A stretch of 64,000 nt of DNA from an uncultured Clostridium sp. (GTDB lineage: Bacteria; Bacillota; Clostridia; TANB77; CAG-508), in contig CANBHY010000007.1 of assembly GCA_947368535.1 (NCBI GenBank), positions 45,580 through 109,579 on the forward strand, written 5' to 3'. Below, in pieces: positions 51,457 through 61,151 of this stretch. The stretch's first letter is position 1; every line of letters starts with the position of its first letter. Both the position numbers and the translations under genes were made by a program. The notes below the pieces were generated by a model, which ran no database searches, was not told the origin of the DNA, and saw only the letters and a list, made by a program, of their open reading frames with translations.

Positions 51457-51657
51457 TTATTGTAATCCATATTTTTTCTTAAATTTATCAGCTCTACCAC
51501 CAGTAGTTTCTCTTTTTAAGTTTCCTGTCCAGTATGGATGACATTTTGAACATATATCAACTTTCATATCTGGTTTTGTAGAATTTGTTTCTATTACATT
51601 TCCACAAGCACATGTGATAGTAGCTACTGTATAATTTGGATGTAATTCAGCTTTCAT
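51457..51657 (-). CDS. rpmE: 50S ribosomal protein L31
   Basis: MKAELHPNY…CxC…CHPYWTG; zinc-ribbon L31 type A. Confidence 0.9.
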   Translation of the reverse strand: MKAELHPNYTVATITCACGNVIETNSTKPDMKVDICSKCHPYWTGNLKRETTGGRADKFKKKYGLQ

Positions 51658-51758
51658 GTAATTCACCTCTTCCTTAATTTCTTAACAATATCTTTTATAT
51701 ATTAACACAACTTTTTCGTTTTTTCAATACTTTTTAGTCATTTTATAGATTGTACTTA

Positions 51759-51962
51759 TTATTTAGATTTTTTCTCTATTTTACTTTCTTGATCTTCTAC
51801 AGTTTCTTTTACTTGAGTAACAACATTATTTACTTTGTTAGTAACTGTGCTTTTTACATTTTCGTCAAATGAAAGTCTTTTAACTAATTTTGTAGTAATA
51901 TTAAACAAACATGCTACAATTAATATAAAAAAGCCTATTTTTTTCCAACATTTTGCCAGCAT
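51759..51962 (-). CDS. Small hypothetical membrane-anchored protein (67 aa)
   Basis: N-terminal hydrophobic segment and a Lys-rich C-terminus. Weak evidence. Confidence 0.3.
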   Translation of the reverse strand: MLAKCWKKIGFFILIVACLFNITTKLVKRLSFDENVKSTVTNKVNNVVTQVKETVEDQESKIEKKSK

Positions 51963-52220
51963 CAGTTTACTCTCCTTTCAATAAAGTTACACAATACATT
52001 ATAACTACAAAATACTTTTTTGTCAATGAATAGACCACATTCATACTTGTTTTTTATTTAAACTTTAGCATTCTTCTACTATAAGTTACATTCATGGTTG
52101 CAGCAACATTGATTGCTTCGGCAACGCTGTCAACCGAATTGGCTGTGCCCCATAGTGGTTATATGGCGGTAGGTGTTGCACAACTTGCAACACTCACCGC
52201 CATATTATTTTAATAAAGTT

Positions 52221-53429
52221 TTATACTCTAAACACATAAAACCACTTCTTTAAAATTTTATCTGTTTGACTTAAAACATTAATTTTTTCTATTTTTTCAT
52301 TGGCTAATAAATTTGCTTCTCCCAATATATTATCACCACTCTTAAAAATAACTTTTCCTACTACTTGATCTTTATTAATTGGTGCAGAAATATTTTTATC
52401 TATAATAATTTCTTGCTCTACATCTAATTTATCATTTTTCTGACACATCATACCAAACGAATCTGAAAATCTTACTCCTACTGTATTTTCTTTTCCTTTA
52501 TTAATTAATACATCTGTTACAAAATCATCTTTTTTAGAAAATTCTTTATATTGATAAGTAGTAAATCCATAGTCTAATAATTTTTTAGCGCAACTAAATC
52601 TATCTTTAGTAGTCGGTGCTCTCATAACAACTGCAATTAGAGAAAGTCCATCTCTTGTAGCACTAGCCGATAAATTAAACAAAGCCAGTGATGTAGAACC
52701 TGTTTTAAGTCCTGTTGCACCTTGATAATTTTTAATTAATTTATTTGTGTTAACCAACTCAGATTTTCCATCACGCAAGCTATCCATCCAGATTGTTGTA
52801 TATTTAGTAATATCAGGATGATTTTTAAGTAACTCCCTAGACATTATTGAAATGTCATAACTACTAGTAACATGACCATCTTCATCTATTCCATGGCAAT
52901 TCTTAAACACAGTATCATTCATTCCAAGTTCTTGAGCCTTTTTATTCATTTTTTCAACAAAAACATCTTCACTACCACAAATATGTTCAGCCATTGCCAC
53001 AGTACAATCATTAGCAGAAACTACACAAATAGCCTTAAGCATTTCATCAACTGTAAGTTCTTCTGTAGTATCAAGCCAAATTTGTGAACCTCCCATACTA
53101 GAAGCTTCCTCACTACAACTTACTTTATCTTCATATGAAAGTCTACCACTATCTATCTCTTCCATAATCAAAAGAATTGTCATTACTTTTGTAACACTTG
53201 CAGGTCTTAATTGTTCATGCCCATTATGATCATATAAAATTTCACCGGTATCTTGCGAAATTAATACAGCGGATTCACAATTAAGCTCTAAAAAATTCTC
53301 ACCTACTTCTCCACTACTTTCCACAACAGCACTTTCTGACCAAGTTGGAATTGTTAAATATGTTGCCATACATGTAGTTGATAACAATACATAAATACAC
53401 AAAAAAGAAAAATATATTTTTTTATTCAT
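52221..53429 (-). CDS. Serine-type D-alanyl-D-alanine carboxypeptidase (PBP5/DacF-like)
   Basis: Signal peptide, SxxK motif ASVTKVMT, and SxN/KTG context. 402 aa. Confidence 0.9.
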   Translation of the reverse strand: MNKKIYFSFLCIYVLLSTTCMATYLTIPTWSESAVVESSGEVGENFLELNCESAVLISQDTGEILYDHNGHEQLRPASVTKVMTILLIMEEIDSGRLSYEDKVSCSEEASSMGGSQIWLDTTEELTVDEMLKAICVVSANDCTVAMAEHICGSEDVFVEKMNKKAQELGMNDTVFKNCHGIDEDGHVTSSYDISIMSRELLKNHPDITKYTTIWMDSLRDGKSELVNTNKLIKNYQGATGLKTGSTSLALFNLSASATRDGLSLIAVVMRAPTTKDRFSCAKKLLDYGFTTYQYKEFSKKDDFVTDVLINKGKENTVGVRFSDSFGMMCQKNDKLDVEQEIIIDKNISAPINKDQVVGKVIFKSGDNILGEANLLANEKIEKINVLSQTDKILKKWFYVFRV

Positions 53430-53489
53430 AACTCATCTCCTATGTCCTTTTTTATAAAATATATTCTTCTCTTTCTTTTATATTAACTT

Positions 53490-54509
53490 TTATTTATAAA
53501 AATCTTTTTTCATTAACGAAACATCTAAATCTTGTGAAATTTCTTCACCTGCTCCATGTTCTGTAAACTGCCAACCTATAGTTCTTTTTTGTAATTTAGT
53601 GTTAGATGCTCCTGGTTGATTCGTATCAAAATACCAATATTTAGGCACTTTATATTCCTCTGGATAATACGCAAGCCAAAATTTCGTTTTTAGTTCACTT
53701 AAAAACAAATTAGCTGTTTGAGCATTTGAATATACAATAGTATCTATTTTCTCTTTTTTCAAATTATTGATAAGTTCTTGAACTAACGTATACCTTGTAT
53801 TCCATATTGTATCTGCTCTGCCTTTTCCACCATGATTTTCAATGTCTAATGCTACTGGCAATACACAATTTTTTCCTTTATTATCTTTCAAGAAATTTTT
53901 AATAAAATCTACTTCTTCATCAATTTCTTTCGAATTAAGTGCTTCTTCTAAAAAATAAAATCCATATGGCACATTTAAATATTCACATGCTTCCACATAC
54001 ATTTGATAATTTTCATCTGTATAAAAATTACCCTTTTCACCATATCCTCTTCCTCCTGCTCTAATATACACATAGCTTATTTTATTTTCTAATAAAAACA
54101 CTTCAAATTCTTTACTATCTTTAAAATTTTTATCTTTATTAAATTGGGATACATCAGAAACTAAAACTTTCTCAGAATTTATTTCTTTATAATAATCTAC
54201 GTTTTCAGCCCTAACATATCCATTAATTTTTCCATCTACTTTAATCTTATACCACTCTATATCATAAGCTTCAAATTCATCTAAAATATATACATTTTCA
54301 CCTTTTTCTAATAATTTAATTTGCCTTACATTATCCACTTCAGCTTTATTATAAAAAGGAACTTTATCACCAATTACTACACCATGAGTGGATGAATTTA
54401 TTTCTTCTTGATTAACTTTTTCATAATGCATTTTTACGCCAAATAAAGCTAGTCCTATTACTACAATAAGTATTAATATTATAATAATTAACAATATCTT
54501 TTTCTTCAT
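53490..54509 (-). CDS. Membrane-anchored SH3-like + glycoside hydrolase family 25 (lysozyme/muramidase) protein
   Basis: N-terminal TM segment, SH3b-like segment (…IEWYKIKVDGKINGYVRAENV), and GH25 catalytic pattern DVSQFN…YVYIRAGGRGYG…GFYFLEEA. Confidence 0.7.
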   Translation of the reverse strand: MKKKILLIIIILILIVVIGLALFGVKMHYEKVNQEEINSSTHGVVIGDKVPFYNKAEVDNVRQIKLLEKGENVYILDEFEAYDIEWYKIKVDGKINGYVRAENVDYYKEINSEKVLVSDVSQFNKDKNFKDSKEFEVFLLENKISYVYIRAGGRGYGEKGNFYTDENYQMYVEACEYLNVPYGFYFLEEALNSKEIDEEVDFIKNFLKDNKGKNCVLPVALDIENHGGKGRADTIWNTRYTLVQELINNLKKEKIDTIVYSNAQTANLFLSELKTKFWLAYYPEEYKVPKYWYFDTNQPGASNTKLQKRTIGWQFTEHGAGEEISQDLDVSLMKKDFYK

Positions 54510-54619
54510 TTTTTCTCCTAAATAATAATCATCTATCTAATTTTAACATTTCATTATAAAAACTGTCTACAAAAAAATACAATATAAATTAAACTTCTCT
54601 TTATTGTTTACATAATTTA

Positions 54620-54628
54620 TGATATAAT
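54620..54628 (+). promoter_or_regulatory. Extended -10 promoter (TGaTATAAT) for the GC-rich ORFan
   Basis: tgatataat lies 31 nt upstream of the GGAGG RBS. Confidence 0.45.
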
Positions 54629-54659
54629 ACTACTATTAAGAATTTTGGAGGTATTTCGA

Positions 54660-55310
54660 ATGAAACCACGTGCAGTAATAACACGCTTTGCACGGATTAT
54701 ATCAACTTCAAGGCTCCCTGATAAATATAAAGTATCAACTAGTTGCCTTAAAGATATTGATCCACAAAGCATAGGACCAGCAACTCGTAAATTTTACACT
54801 GATGTACTTTCGATAGGACTCAGCTGTGAACATGAATTAGGAAACCTGCTTATCTATCCTTTAAGATCACTAAACATATACATTTTGTCAATTAATGGTA
54901 AAAGCGAAATTATTAGCTCTAACCAAAGATTGTATAAAATGCTCTGCAAAAAAGGATTTATCACCGCATCAACAGACACACAAGCACTATTTCGGGAATA
55001 TGCCACTCTGGATTTCTATAAGATCTCTCAGCACATTTCTAATTCCCAAATTAAGCAACTTCATGTAGATGACTATTTTATTAGTGACAGCGATATTTTC
55101 TTTCTCTATACACACGATAAAATGAATCATTTCGCATTTATTCCCTGCCGGTTCGAAAATAAAACCGTAATTGAAGCATTTTTTAAAACCACTTCAATTA
55201 CTGGCAAATTGCTTGAAGAATTTGATCAGTATAAACTCAGACAGATTTCTTCAGCCTTCAACGAGCCATCAGAAATAATTCAGGAGATTGCTGAACGTCT
55301 CAATTTATAG
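54660..55310 (+). CDS. Hypothetical protein (216 aa) in a GC-enriched islet; no recognisable domain
   Basis: A GGAGG RBS 7 nt upstream of the ATG at 54660 makes the annotated start at 54645 unlikely. GC and codon usage differ from the neighbours. Its own terminator is at 55322-55350. Confidence 0.45.
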   Translation: MKPRAVITRFARIISTSRLPDKYKVSTSCLKDIDPQSIGPATRKFYTDVLSIGLSCEHELGNLLIYPLRSLNIYILSINGKSEIISSNQRLYKMLCKKGFITASTDTQALFREYATLDFYKISQHISNSQIKQLHVDDYFISDSDIFFLYTHDKMNHFAFIPCRFENKTVIEAFFKTTSITGKLLEEFDQYKLRQISSAFNEPSEIIQEIAERLNL

Positions 55311-55321
55311 CACATCTAAAA

Positions 55322-55352
55322 AGCGAGGAAGCATACACTAATGCTTCCCCGC
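55322..55352 (+). terminator. Intrinsic terminator
   Basis: gcgaggaagcat…atgcttccccgc hairpin followed by tcttctttttt. Confidence 0.7.
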
Positions 55353-55407
55353 TCTTCTTTTTTAATATAAATAGTCCTATATATGCACATTTTTTTAATC
55401 CTACCCC

Positions 55408-55436
55408 TTGTTTTTTTTAACAAACTGTGTTATAGT
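55408..55436 (+). promoter_or_regulatory. Putative sigma-A promoter of rpmB (TTGTTT-17-TGtTATAGT)
   Basis: -35 at 55408-55413 and extended -10 at 55428-55436, ~45 nt upstream of the rpmB start. Confidence 0.4.
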
Positions 55437-55481
55437 ATCTAATAGTCAGTTTAATAAATTAAATGGAGGTGCGTGAAGTCA

Positions 55482-55678
55482 TGGCAAAATGTGCAATTTG
55501 TGATAAAAATATAAATTTTGGAAATCAATTAAGTATCACTCGTTCTCATATTAGTAAAAGATCTACAAGAACTTTTAAACCAAATTTAAGAACAGTTAAA
55601 GCTATAGTTGACGGTCAACCAAAAAGAATAACAGTATGTGCTAAATGCTTACGTTCTGGAAAAGTAAAAAGAGCATAG
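55482..55678 (+). CDS. rpmB: 50S ribosomal protein L28
   Basis: MAKCAICDK…RSHISKRSTRTFKPNL… The GGAGGTG RBS favours the ATG at 55482 over the annotated 55463. Confidence 0.9.
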
Positions 55679-55846
55679 TATATATTAAAATAAATTGTGT
55701 GGTAAACATGCCACACTCTTTTTTTGTCTTTTTACCTTTCTAGTTACCTTTTATTCCAAAAATTAATTTTAAAAATCCTCGTAAAAATTTTGGAGATTTT
55801 TTTACAACAACCTTCATATATTTCCACCTTCTTTTCATATAAATTA

Positions 55847-55988
55847 TTCTAGCAAGATAACCACATTATTCCTACTAAAATCATTGTAATTCCAATAATT
55901 ACAAGCCACCAAGTAACAGGAAGTAATAATACCATTATCGTTCCTATACCAAAACCAATCAAACAAACAGCAATTGTCTTTTTTAACC
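55847..55988 (-). CDS. Unannotated small ORF (~47 aa) encoding a two-helix hydrophobic peptide
   Basis: RBS-like GGGATAGGGGG upstream. Translation MLRGLKKTIAVCLIGFGIGTIMVLLLPVTWWLVIIGITMILVGIMWLSC*. It is too short to appear in the supplied ORF track. Confidence 0.3.
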
Positions 55989-56080
55989 CTCTTAACATTT
56001 TTTATCCCCCTATCCCTTTATATAATATATTATTTCGTGTATAATAATGTTCAATATTATATTAAAATAGGAAGTAAAAT

Positions 56081-56737
56081 ATGAAAACTAAAAAAGAAGC
56101 AAGTACAATATTAGAAATTTTAAGAAGAAATTATCCAGAAGCAACATGTAGTTTAGATTTTGAATCACCATTTCAAATAGTAATAGCTGTTATGTTATCT
56201 GCTCAATGTACTGATGAAAGAGTAAATAAAACTACACCTCTACTATTTAAAGATTACGGAACACCAGAAAAATTAGCAAAAATTGATTTAAAAAAATTAG
56301 AAGAAATTATACATCCTTGTGGCTTTTACAAAAATAAGGCAAAAAACGCATTAGCTTGTAGCCAAAAGATTGTAAATGATTATAATGGAATAGTTCCAAA
56401 TAATATGAAAGATTTAATGAGTTTGCCTGGCGTTGGTAGAAAAAGCGCAAATGTAATCATGTTAGAAGCATTTCATGATGCTCAAGGAATTGCTGTAGAT
56501 ACTCATGCTCGTAGAATTTCAAATAAAATAGGCTTTTCAAAAGAAAATGATCCAGAAAAAATTGAACAAGACTTATTAAAACAATTTAAAAAAGAAGATT
56601 GGGTTGACGTAAATCATCTTTTTGTATGGCATGGCAGATATACCTGTATTGCTAGAAACCCCAAATGTGAATCATGTCCTCTAACTTCATACTGTAATGA
56701 ATATAAATGTTATAGAACAAATCTGAAAAATCTTTGA
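56081..56737 (+). CDS. nth: Endonuclease III
   Basis: HhH-GPD motif LPGVGRKSANVIM and the [4Fe-4S] cluster C-x6-C-x2-C-x5-C at the C-terminus. Confidence 0.9.
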   Translation: MKTKKEASTILEILRRNYPEATCSLDFESPFQIVIAVMLSAQCTDERVNKTTPLLFKDYGTPEKLAKIDLKKLEEIIHPCGFYKNKAKNALACSQKIVNDYNGIVPNNMKDLMSLPGVGRKSANVIMLEAFHDAQGIAVDTHARRISNKIGFSKENDPEKIEQDLLKQFKKEDWVDVNHLFVWHGRYTCIARNPKCESCPLTSYCNEYKCYRTNLKNL

Positions 56738-56770
56738 TTTTTCAGTAAATTTGTTCGTGTGCCAAAATTG
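56712..56770. repeat. Copy 2 of the ~55-nt palindromic repeat, overlapping the nth stop codon
   Basis: See 23905-23965. Further hairpins follow it (gatactgtta…taacagtatc; gtcaatattt…aaatattgac). Confidence 0.8.
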
Positions 56771-57067
56771 TTGATACTGTTAAGCTTTAGCTATTACAGT
56801 ATCAGTATGTCAATATTTGAAAAATATTGACTACTTAATTTTGCGTACAATGTTTTTATGTTATATAGTATATATAACATAAAAACACATATAATACTAT
56901 TAAAGAGGTGTATGTAATTTGACAAATATTAAATGTTCGTATGACTGTATTTTTCAAATAAGTGGTTTTTGCAATTATGAAACAATACAAAAAAAAGAAT
57001 TAAACTCAGAAACTGATTGCATATATTACGAAAAAAGACACGTTTAAACAAAACGTGTCTTTCTTAT

Positions 57068-58279
57068 TTATTTATTTTTTGTAAAACAATTTTTTATTGA
57101 TATTCCTAATCCTGTAATCAACCATATAAATGCGATTAAACCTCCTACAATAGGAATTTGATATATAATCCAGTTAATTACTGTAATAATTGCTACAGAA
57201 ATAGGTAATTTTAAACTTGTCTTTTTATCTGAAATAGCCTTTGCAATAGCTATATTAGTAATCGCATTAGATATAACAAGAATAAGCATTAACAATAATA
57301 ATGCTGCAAATACTACTGAAGTAAATACATGTAACATCAATAATGCTACTAATATAATTGGAATTAAAATTATTGCTGCAATTCCTAATCCAAAAGAACT
57401 TACTGACAAGTTCTTTTTAGATTTTTCTATTACTGTTGGTAAGTATTTCATTATAACTATAAATACTGCCATTACTAATATAAAATATCTAGAAAAATCT
57501 AAAACCTTTTCAACTACAATATCTATTACTTGCTTTTTCTCTTCTACGTATTTAGAAAAATTAGTGTTTGTAATAACTGCTGATTCTGATATTACTGCTT
57601 CTTTTTCTGAAACATAATTTAAATTTCCTAATACAACAGTTTTATCTTTAACTTCCATATTTTCTACTGTTACGTTTACACTTCTATAACAAGTACCATT
57701 TAAACTAATATGATCAGCTGCAATATTTACATTATACATAACAGTAGCATTCTCTCCAAATACCATATCTTTAACAAATGCAAACATTTCTCTTGCTACT
57801 TTACCATCAAATTCTACATTTCCAGCAAATATAAATACATTTCCATTTAAATTAGCTTCATTTGAAATTTTTAATTTACTAGCAGTTACAAATAAATCTC
57901 CATTAATAGTTACATTTTTTAATTCGACTGTTTCTCCACATAAAAATGTGTTTCCGTTTATAACTTCACTATCTTTGATTATGTCTTTTGCAAAACTATA
58001 ATCATTTTCTTCTAAAATGTTTTTAGCATTAATATATAATTCTTGTTTAATTTCATCTACACCAACAGTATTTTCTTCTACAGGTATCTCATCATTTATA
58101 GGCATTATTCCATCGTCTTCGGTAGGTGTTTCTACAGTTCTAGGCATTATACGATTTTCTACTGGTGCTTCTTCATTTATTAGCATAATACCATCATTAT
58201 CATCTGCTAAAACTACATTAAAAATAGTTGTAATAAGTAAAATAAATACACCTATACTACATAATATTTTTTTTCTCAT
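57068..58279 (-). CDS. Exported/membrane protein with bactofilin-like (polymer-forming) repeat region and C-terminal multi-TM domain
   Basis: Signal peptide. Duplicated DDGIM(L/P)IN(E/D)E(A/I)PVEN segments. Repeated …NGNVFIFAGNVEFDGKV… beta-helix-like repeats. Four C-terminal hydrophobic helices. Confidence 0.45.
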   Translation of the reverse strand: MRKKILCSIGVFILLITTIFNVVLADDNDGIMLINEEAPVENRIMPRTVETPTEDDGIMPINDEIPVEENTVGVDEIKQELYINAKNILEENDYSFAKDIIKDSEVINGNTFLCGETVELKNVTINGDLFVTASKLKISNEANLNGNVFIFAGNVEFDGKVAREMFAFVKDMVFGENATVMYNVNIAADHISLNGTCYRSVNVTVENMEVKDKTVVLGNLNYVSEKEAVISESAVITNTNFSKYVEEKKQVIDIVVEKVLDFSRYFILVMAVFIVIMKYLPTVIEKSKKNLSVSSFGLGIAAIILIPIILVALLMLHVFTSVVFAALLLLMLILVISNAITNIAIAKAISDKKTSLKLPISVAIITVINWIIYQIPIVGGLIAFIWLITGLGISIKNCFTKNK

Positions 58280-58963
58280 TTACTCTTTTTCCTCCTCAAT
58301 ATATTCTTCTCTAAGGCTTCTAACAGCCTCAGCATAATTATCAGAATTTAATATATATTTTCCAGCTACTAAAATTGTAGCTCCACTACTTACAGCATCT
58401 CTACAGGTGATGTTATTTATTCCACCATCTACTTCTATGTCAATATCAAAGTCATTGTCAACACAATAATTTTTTAATTTCTCTATCTTTCTTAATACTT
58501 CTGGTATAAATTTTTGTCCTCCTCTTCCTGGAATCACAGACATCAATAAAACCATATGAATATATGGTAAATAATCGTATACCTTTTCTATACTAGTATC
58601 AGGACTAATTGCAATACCTGCTTTAATACCATTTTCATTTAAATATTTAATATTATTTAAAATCTCTTCTTTATCTTTACATGCTTCTAAATGAAATATA
58701 ATTCTATCTGCTCCTTGATCTATAAAATAATCAAAGTATTCTCTTGGATTTTCTGTCATTAAATGAACTTCCCTTGGCGTCATACAAACTGTGTTAATTT
58801 TTAAAGCAAAATCTTTCATCTTTTTAATATTATTATTATCTACAAATTTTCCGTCATTTACATCAAGATGAAAATAATTAATTTTTGCAGTTTCTACATT
58901 ATAAAAATAACTAACTGCATCTTCTTCTTCAACATCTAAAAGCGAAATCGCAATTTCAGTCAT
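58280..58963 (-). CDS. rpe: Ribulose-phosphate 3-epimerase
   Basis: HLDVNDGKFV and VDGGIN motifs. 227 aa. Confidence 0.9.
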   Translation of the reverse strand: MTEIAISLLDVEEEDAVSYFYNVETAKINYFHLDVNDGKFVDNNNIKKMKDFALKINTVCMTPREVHLMTENPREYFDYFIDQGADRIIFHLEACKDKEEILNNIKYLNENGIKAGIAISPDTSIEKVYDYLPYIHMVLLMSVIPGRGGQKFIPEVLRKIEKLKNYCVDNDFDIDIEVDGGINNITCRDAVSSGATILVAGKYILNSDNYAEAVRSLREEYIEEEKE

Positions 58964-59034
58964 TGTTTTTCTCCTTTATTATTAAACTTAATATAAAATT
59001 AAGGCATGATATTAATTCATGCCCTAAATATCTT

Positions 59035-61092
59035 TTATGGAAAAGCTAAAGAAGTTTGAGTATTAAAATCTATATCTTTAGTCTTTCTAGTAACTCCGTC
59101 AATTACTAATGAAACTGACATATTTCCTTTTCCCTCTATTGAAATTTGTGGGCTCGTTGTTACATCATAAGTTCCACCATAATTATTATTTCCAACTTTC
59201 AACTCTACTTTAGCTGTTGTAACTGAAGGTGTAGTATTATTTTCATTATCAGGATCTGTTGGTGTATTAGCTTGAGGTTGAACATATTTTGATAAATCTA
59301 CTGTAACTATAGCTGTTACTGTTTTTTGAACTTTGTTTACTGTAATAGTAATTATTTCTCCCTCATCAGCCTTATTTTTTCCAACAATATCTTGTTTTAA
59401 AACAATTCCATCTGATTTATTAGTATCTTCTGTATATTCCATTCTAACAACAAATCCCGCATTTTCTAATGCTATTTTAGCAACATCTGATGCTTGACCA
59501 GTTGTATCTGGAACATCTAATTTGTCACTACCTGTACTTACTGTAAGTGTAATTTCTTCATTATCATTGAATTCTATTCCTTCTTGAATAGTTTGTTTAA
59601 TTATTAGCCCTTCTTTTAAGCTTTCACTAGGTTCTTCAAGATATTTTACTTCTCCTAAATATCCTAAATCTTTAAGCATTTGTTCAGCTTCTTCTTTAGT
59701 TTTTCCAGTTAAATCAATCATTTTTAATTTTTTAGGTTCTTTAGCTTTTCTAACATATATAGTAATTTGATCTTTAACTTTTATCTTATAATTTGTTTTA
59801 TATGGTGGATCTTGTTTAACAACTTGACCTGGTTCAACATTTTCACCATTATAAGTTTCATCTTCAATATATTCTACTTTTAAACTATTTTTCTTTTTAA
59901 ACTCAGTTTCATTATAAACACTTATTGCTTGTGCTTCAGTTAATCTTTCACCATTTGAATTTTTAACTAAATTCGGAATTTGTGCATCATCTGATTTAGT
60001 TAAATTCATAAATAAAATTGTTCCCCCCAAAGCAACAGAGAATAAAATAATTGCAATTAGCACAAAAGAAATAATAACATGATCCTTTAAAAAGCCAATT
60101 AATCCTTTTCTCTTTCTCTTTGGTTTATCATACTCTTCATCATCTTCTTCATCATCGTCGTAGTCTTCTTCAGAATCTTTTATTTTGCCATCTATATCAT
60201 AAAGAGTATTAAGCTTTTGTGTTTGTAATGTATCAAATTTTTTATTTAATTTAACAAAATCATCATTTGGCCTTTTTAATGCTGTACTTAAATCTATAAG
60301 CATATCTGTAGCATTTTGATATCTGTCTTCTGGTTCTTTTTGCATTGCTTTTAATATAATATTGTTAACACTAATTGGTATTTGTGGATTTAATTTTTTA
60401 GGTTCAATTGGATCATCTTGAACTTGCATTAATGCCACTGAAACTGGTGTATCTGCATCAAAAGGTACTCTACCAGTTAACATCTCATACATTACAACAC
60501 CTAGTGAATATATATCAGATTTTGCATCCGTATTTCCACCTCTTGCATGTTCAGGTGAAAAATAATGCACTGAACCTATAGTTGTTCCAAAAGCTGTAAT
60601 TGTCGAATTTGATACAGCCTTAGCAATACCAAAATCAGTAACTTTTGCCATGCCATCTTCTGTAATTATTATGTTATGTGGTTTTATATCTCTATGTATT
60701 AAATTATTTTTATGAGCAGTTTCTAATGCAGATGCTATTTGAATTGCGATATTTACTGACCATTTCCAAGATAATTTGCCATCTTCTACTATAATTTCTT
60801 TTAAAGTTTTACCTTGAATAAGTTCCATTACTATATAATAAACATCGCCTTCATTGCCTACATCATATATTGAAACAATATTTGGATGTGTCAAACTAGC
60901 AGCTGTTTGTGCTTCAGACTTAAATCTTTTAATAAATTCTATATCTGTAATAAATTCTTCTTTTAATACCTTAACAGCAACAAATCTGTTAAGTACGTGG
61001 CATTTTGCTTTATAAACAGTTGCCATACCACCATTACCTATTTTTTCTAGTATTTCATACCTATTAGCAAGCATTCTTCCTATTAGATTCAT
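59035..61092 (-). CDS. prkC: Ser/Thr protein kinase with C-terminal PASTA domains
   Basis: Hanks kinase motifs (GNGGMATVYKA…VAVK, HRDIKPHNI, DFGIA). A TM segment and PASTA-like repeats follow. Confidence 0.9.
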   Translation of the reverse strand: MNLIGRMLANRYEILEKIGNGGMATVYKAKCHVLNRFVAVKVLKEEFITDIEFIKRFKSEAQTAASLTHPNIVSIYDVGNEGDVYYIVMELIQGKTLKEIIVEDGKLSWKWSVNIAIQIASALETAHKNNLIHRDIKPHNIIITEDGMAKVTDFGIAKAVSNSTITAFGTTIGSVHYFSPEHARGGNTDAKSDIYSLGVVMYEMLTGRVPFDADTPVSVALMQVQDDPIEPKKLNPQIPISVNNIILKAMQKEPEDRYQNATDMLIDLSTALKRPNDDFVKLNKKFDTLQTQKLNTLYDIDGKIKDSEEDYDDDEEDDEEYDKPKRKRKGLIGFLKDHVIISFVLIAIILFSVALGGTILFMNLTKSDDAQIPNLVKNSNGERLTEAQAISVYNETEFKKKNSLKVEYIEDETYNGENVEPGQVVKQDPPYKTNYKIKVKDQITIYVRKAKEPKKLKMIDLTGKTKEEAEQMLKDLGYLGEVKYLEEPSESLKEGLIIKQTIQEGIEFNDNEEITLTVSTGSDKLDVPDTTGQASDVAKIALENAGFVVRMEYTEDTNKSDGIVLKQDIVGKNKADEGEIITITVNKVQKTVTAIVTVDLSKYVQPQANTPTDPDNENNTTPSVTTAKVELKVGNNNYGGTYDVTTSPQISIEGKGNMSVSLVIDGVTRKTKDIDFNTQTSLAFP

Positions 61093-61151
61093 TTCTTTAT
61101 CTCTCCTTAATTTTAAAAAGATATTTAAACTTTTGTTTAAGTCTAAAGACC

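Noticed and set aside
52085-52205. tRNA or other canonical RNA gene in the GC-rich intergenic element
   Set aside because: There is no cloverleaf-compatible pattern (no GTTC T-loop and no acceptor-stem complementarity). It is kept only as a candidate sRNA or terminator.
23905-56770. The two copies of the 55-nt repeat as boundaries of a 33-kb mobile element or island
   Set aside because: The intervening DNA is dominated by conserved housekeeping genes (def, folC, spoIVA, ger, rpmE, rpmB, nth). No integrase or transposase is present and the copies are direct, not inverted.
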